Below are positions 62,022 to 64,000 of a stretch of DNA of 64,000 nt, in pieces. Both the position numbers and the translations under genes were made by a program. The stretch comes from Mustelus asterias. Lineage: Eukaryota. Numbering within the stretch: position 1 is the first letter of the stretch; each line of letters opens with the position of its first letter. The notes under the pieces were generated by a model, which made no database searches, was not told the DNA's origin, and saw nothing but the letters and a program-made list of their open reading frames with translations. The stretch covers positions 620,001 through 684,000 of the forward strand of contig NW_027590192.1 of assembly GCF_964213995.1 (NCBI RefSeq), written 5' to 3'.

Positions 62022-63235
62022 TAGTGCAGTTGATGTTATCTACAGTGCAGTTGATGTTGTCTGCATGGACTTTAGCAAGGCCTTTGACAAGGTACCGGAT
62101 GATAGGTTGTTGCATGAGGTTAAATCTCACGGGATCCAGGGTGAGGTATGTAAATGGATACAAAATTGACAGAAGTCAGAGGGTGGTTGTGGAGGGTCGT
62201 TTTTCAAACTGGAGGCCTGTGACCACCGGTGTGCCTCAGGGATCAGTGCTGGACCTACTGTTATTTGTCATTTATATTAAAGATTTGGATGAGAATATCG
62301 GAAACATGGTTTGTAAGTTTGCAGATGACACCATGATTGGTGGCATAGTGGACGGTGAAGAACGGTATCTCCAATTGCAACGGGATCTTGATCAATTGGG
62401 CCAGTCGGCCGACGAATGGCAGATGGAGTTTAATTTCGACAAATGCGAGGCGATGCATTTTGGTCGACTGAATCAGAGCAGGACTTACTAAGTTAATGGT
62501 AGGGCGTTGGGCAGAGTTACAGAACAAAAAGATCTAGGGGTACAGGTTCACAGCTCCTTGAAAGTGGAGTCACAGATGGACAGAGTGGTGAAGAAGGCAT
62601 TCGTCATGCTTGGTTTCATCTGTCAGAACATTGAATACAGGAGTTGGAATGTCTTGTTGAAGTTGTACAAGACATTGGAACGGTCGCAATGGAATACTGT
62701 GTGCAGTTCTTTTCACCCTATTATAGAAAGGATATAATTAAACTTGAAAGAGTGCCGAAAACATTTACTAGGATGCTTCCGGGACTGACGGTTTGAGTTA
62801 TAAGGAGAGGCTGGATAGACTGGGATTTTTTTTCCTGGAGCATAGAAGGCTGAGGGGTGATCTTACAGAGATCTACAAAATAATGAGAGGCACAGATTAG
62901 CTAGACAGTCAATATCTTTTCCCAAAGGTAGGGGAGCCTGAAACTAGTGGGCATAGTTTCAAAGTGAGAGGGGAGATATACAAACGTGTCCAGAGGGGCA
63001 ATTTCTTAACATAGAAGGTGGTGAGTGTCTGGAACAAGCTGCCAGAGGTAGTAGTAGAGGCGGGTACAATTTTGTTTTTAAAAAAACATTTAGATAGTTA
63101 CATGGGTAAATTGGGTTCAGAGGGATATGGGCCAAAAGCGAGCATTGGGATGAGCGTAGGGGCTTAAAATAAATGAGCGGCATGGACAAGTCGGGCCGAA
63201 GGGCCTGTTTCCATGCTGTAATCTTCTATGACTAT
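62022..63235 (+). mobile_element. CR1 RT/3' fragment (same subfamily as 55425-57000, inverted)
   Basis: 'VEGRFSNWRPVTTGVPQGSV...KFADDTMIGG...WQMEFNFDKCEAMHFG'. Confidence 0.9.
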
Positions 63236-64000
63236 GGCTCTATGCCTCTTTGTGGCTTGCCGGTCCTGTGTGAGCCATCCTTACCACCGAAATCTGATTC
63301 TAAGAGCTGCTGTATGGTGATGATTGAAGACAGAGTCCCTGAACTACTCCAAGGACGAACCCGCACTTGACTGCACATGGATTTTGTTCAGATTTCCGGT
63401 ATTTTCAATATTTTACATTTTTTTTAATAGAACAAATCCATTTATTTTTAACCATGGTCTGTTACCATTTGCTTTTAAGCTGCTGTTCCACTTGATTTTA
63501 CCCAAATGATTCATTTTGTTTGCTTCATCTCTCCCATTCAGTTCACACTTTGCAATTTAATTTGTGCCGCCCTACAATCTGATTTCTGTATCTGTGTCAC
63601 ACGCCTTCAGTCAATGTTTATCTCTCTTCTCACGTCCCCTGTGAAAATCCCGACATTGTTTAATCTCTGTTCAATCAACCTTCCCATTGTCCATGTGCCT
63701 CCACAGAACTGTCTCGATCCACCTATCAGACTGCACGGTACCGCATCGGTGGCAAAGCTAATTGGTGAATTATCAAACTTTTTGCTTTATGTCACATTAT
63801 AATAAACACCTTTACTTGATTTTTTTTTACATCACAAACTCAGTTCGCCTTCATCTGTAACCATCTGTTGGAAATTAATTGTACCCTTTACTGCCGTAAA
63901 TCTCACCTCAGACTGTACAGATATTGAAGCTTTCCAAGCTCAGTTAGAATTAGTCTTTGAAGACATTTAGGTTTGGGCAACGTTCGTGTACAAACGCCCC

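Overview
Vertebrate (almost certainly shark/elasmobranch) genomic DNA. The assignment rests on HE1-type V-SINEs, abundant CR1-type LINEs and a cluster-type IgM heavy-chain gene. From left to right: (1) ~1.7-13 kb is a decaying tRNA cluster: a triplicated ~1.05-kb unit carrying three tRNA-Gln each, plus Glu, Val, Asn, an intron-containing Ile and a Leu remnant. (2) A minus-strand TCR alpha/delta-type V pseudogene with leader and 23-RSS. (3) An intact two-exon GPR139-like class A GPCR (323 aa), the only clearly intact protein gene. (4) A relic NAR-like V 3' end with RSS and a possible J. (5) A complete shark IgM cluster (L, V, J, CH1-CH4/secretory tail, TM1, TM2; 35.4-49.8 kb). Its V is already joined to D in the germline (12-RSS), and it carries inactivating lesions. 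(6) A second TCR alpha/delta-type V pseudogene (+, 23-RSS, apparently leaderless) and a C2H2-ZNF relic. Everything is embedded in CR1, Rex1-like, Penelope-like and SINE repeats. The most notable signals are the physical interleaving of an IgH cluster with TCR V and NAR-like segments, the germline V-D join, and two CR1-into-CR1 insertions with apparent template-switch footprints. All calls were made by eye, and repeat boundaries are approximate.
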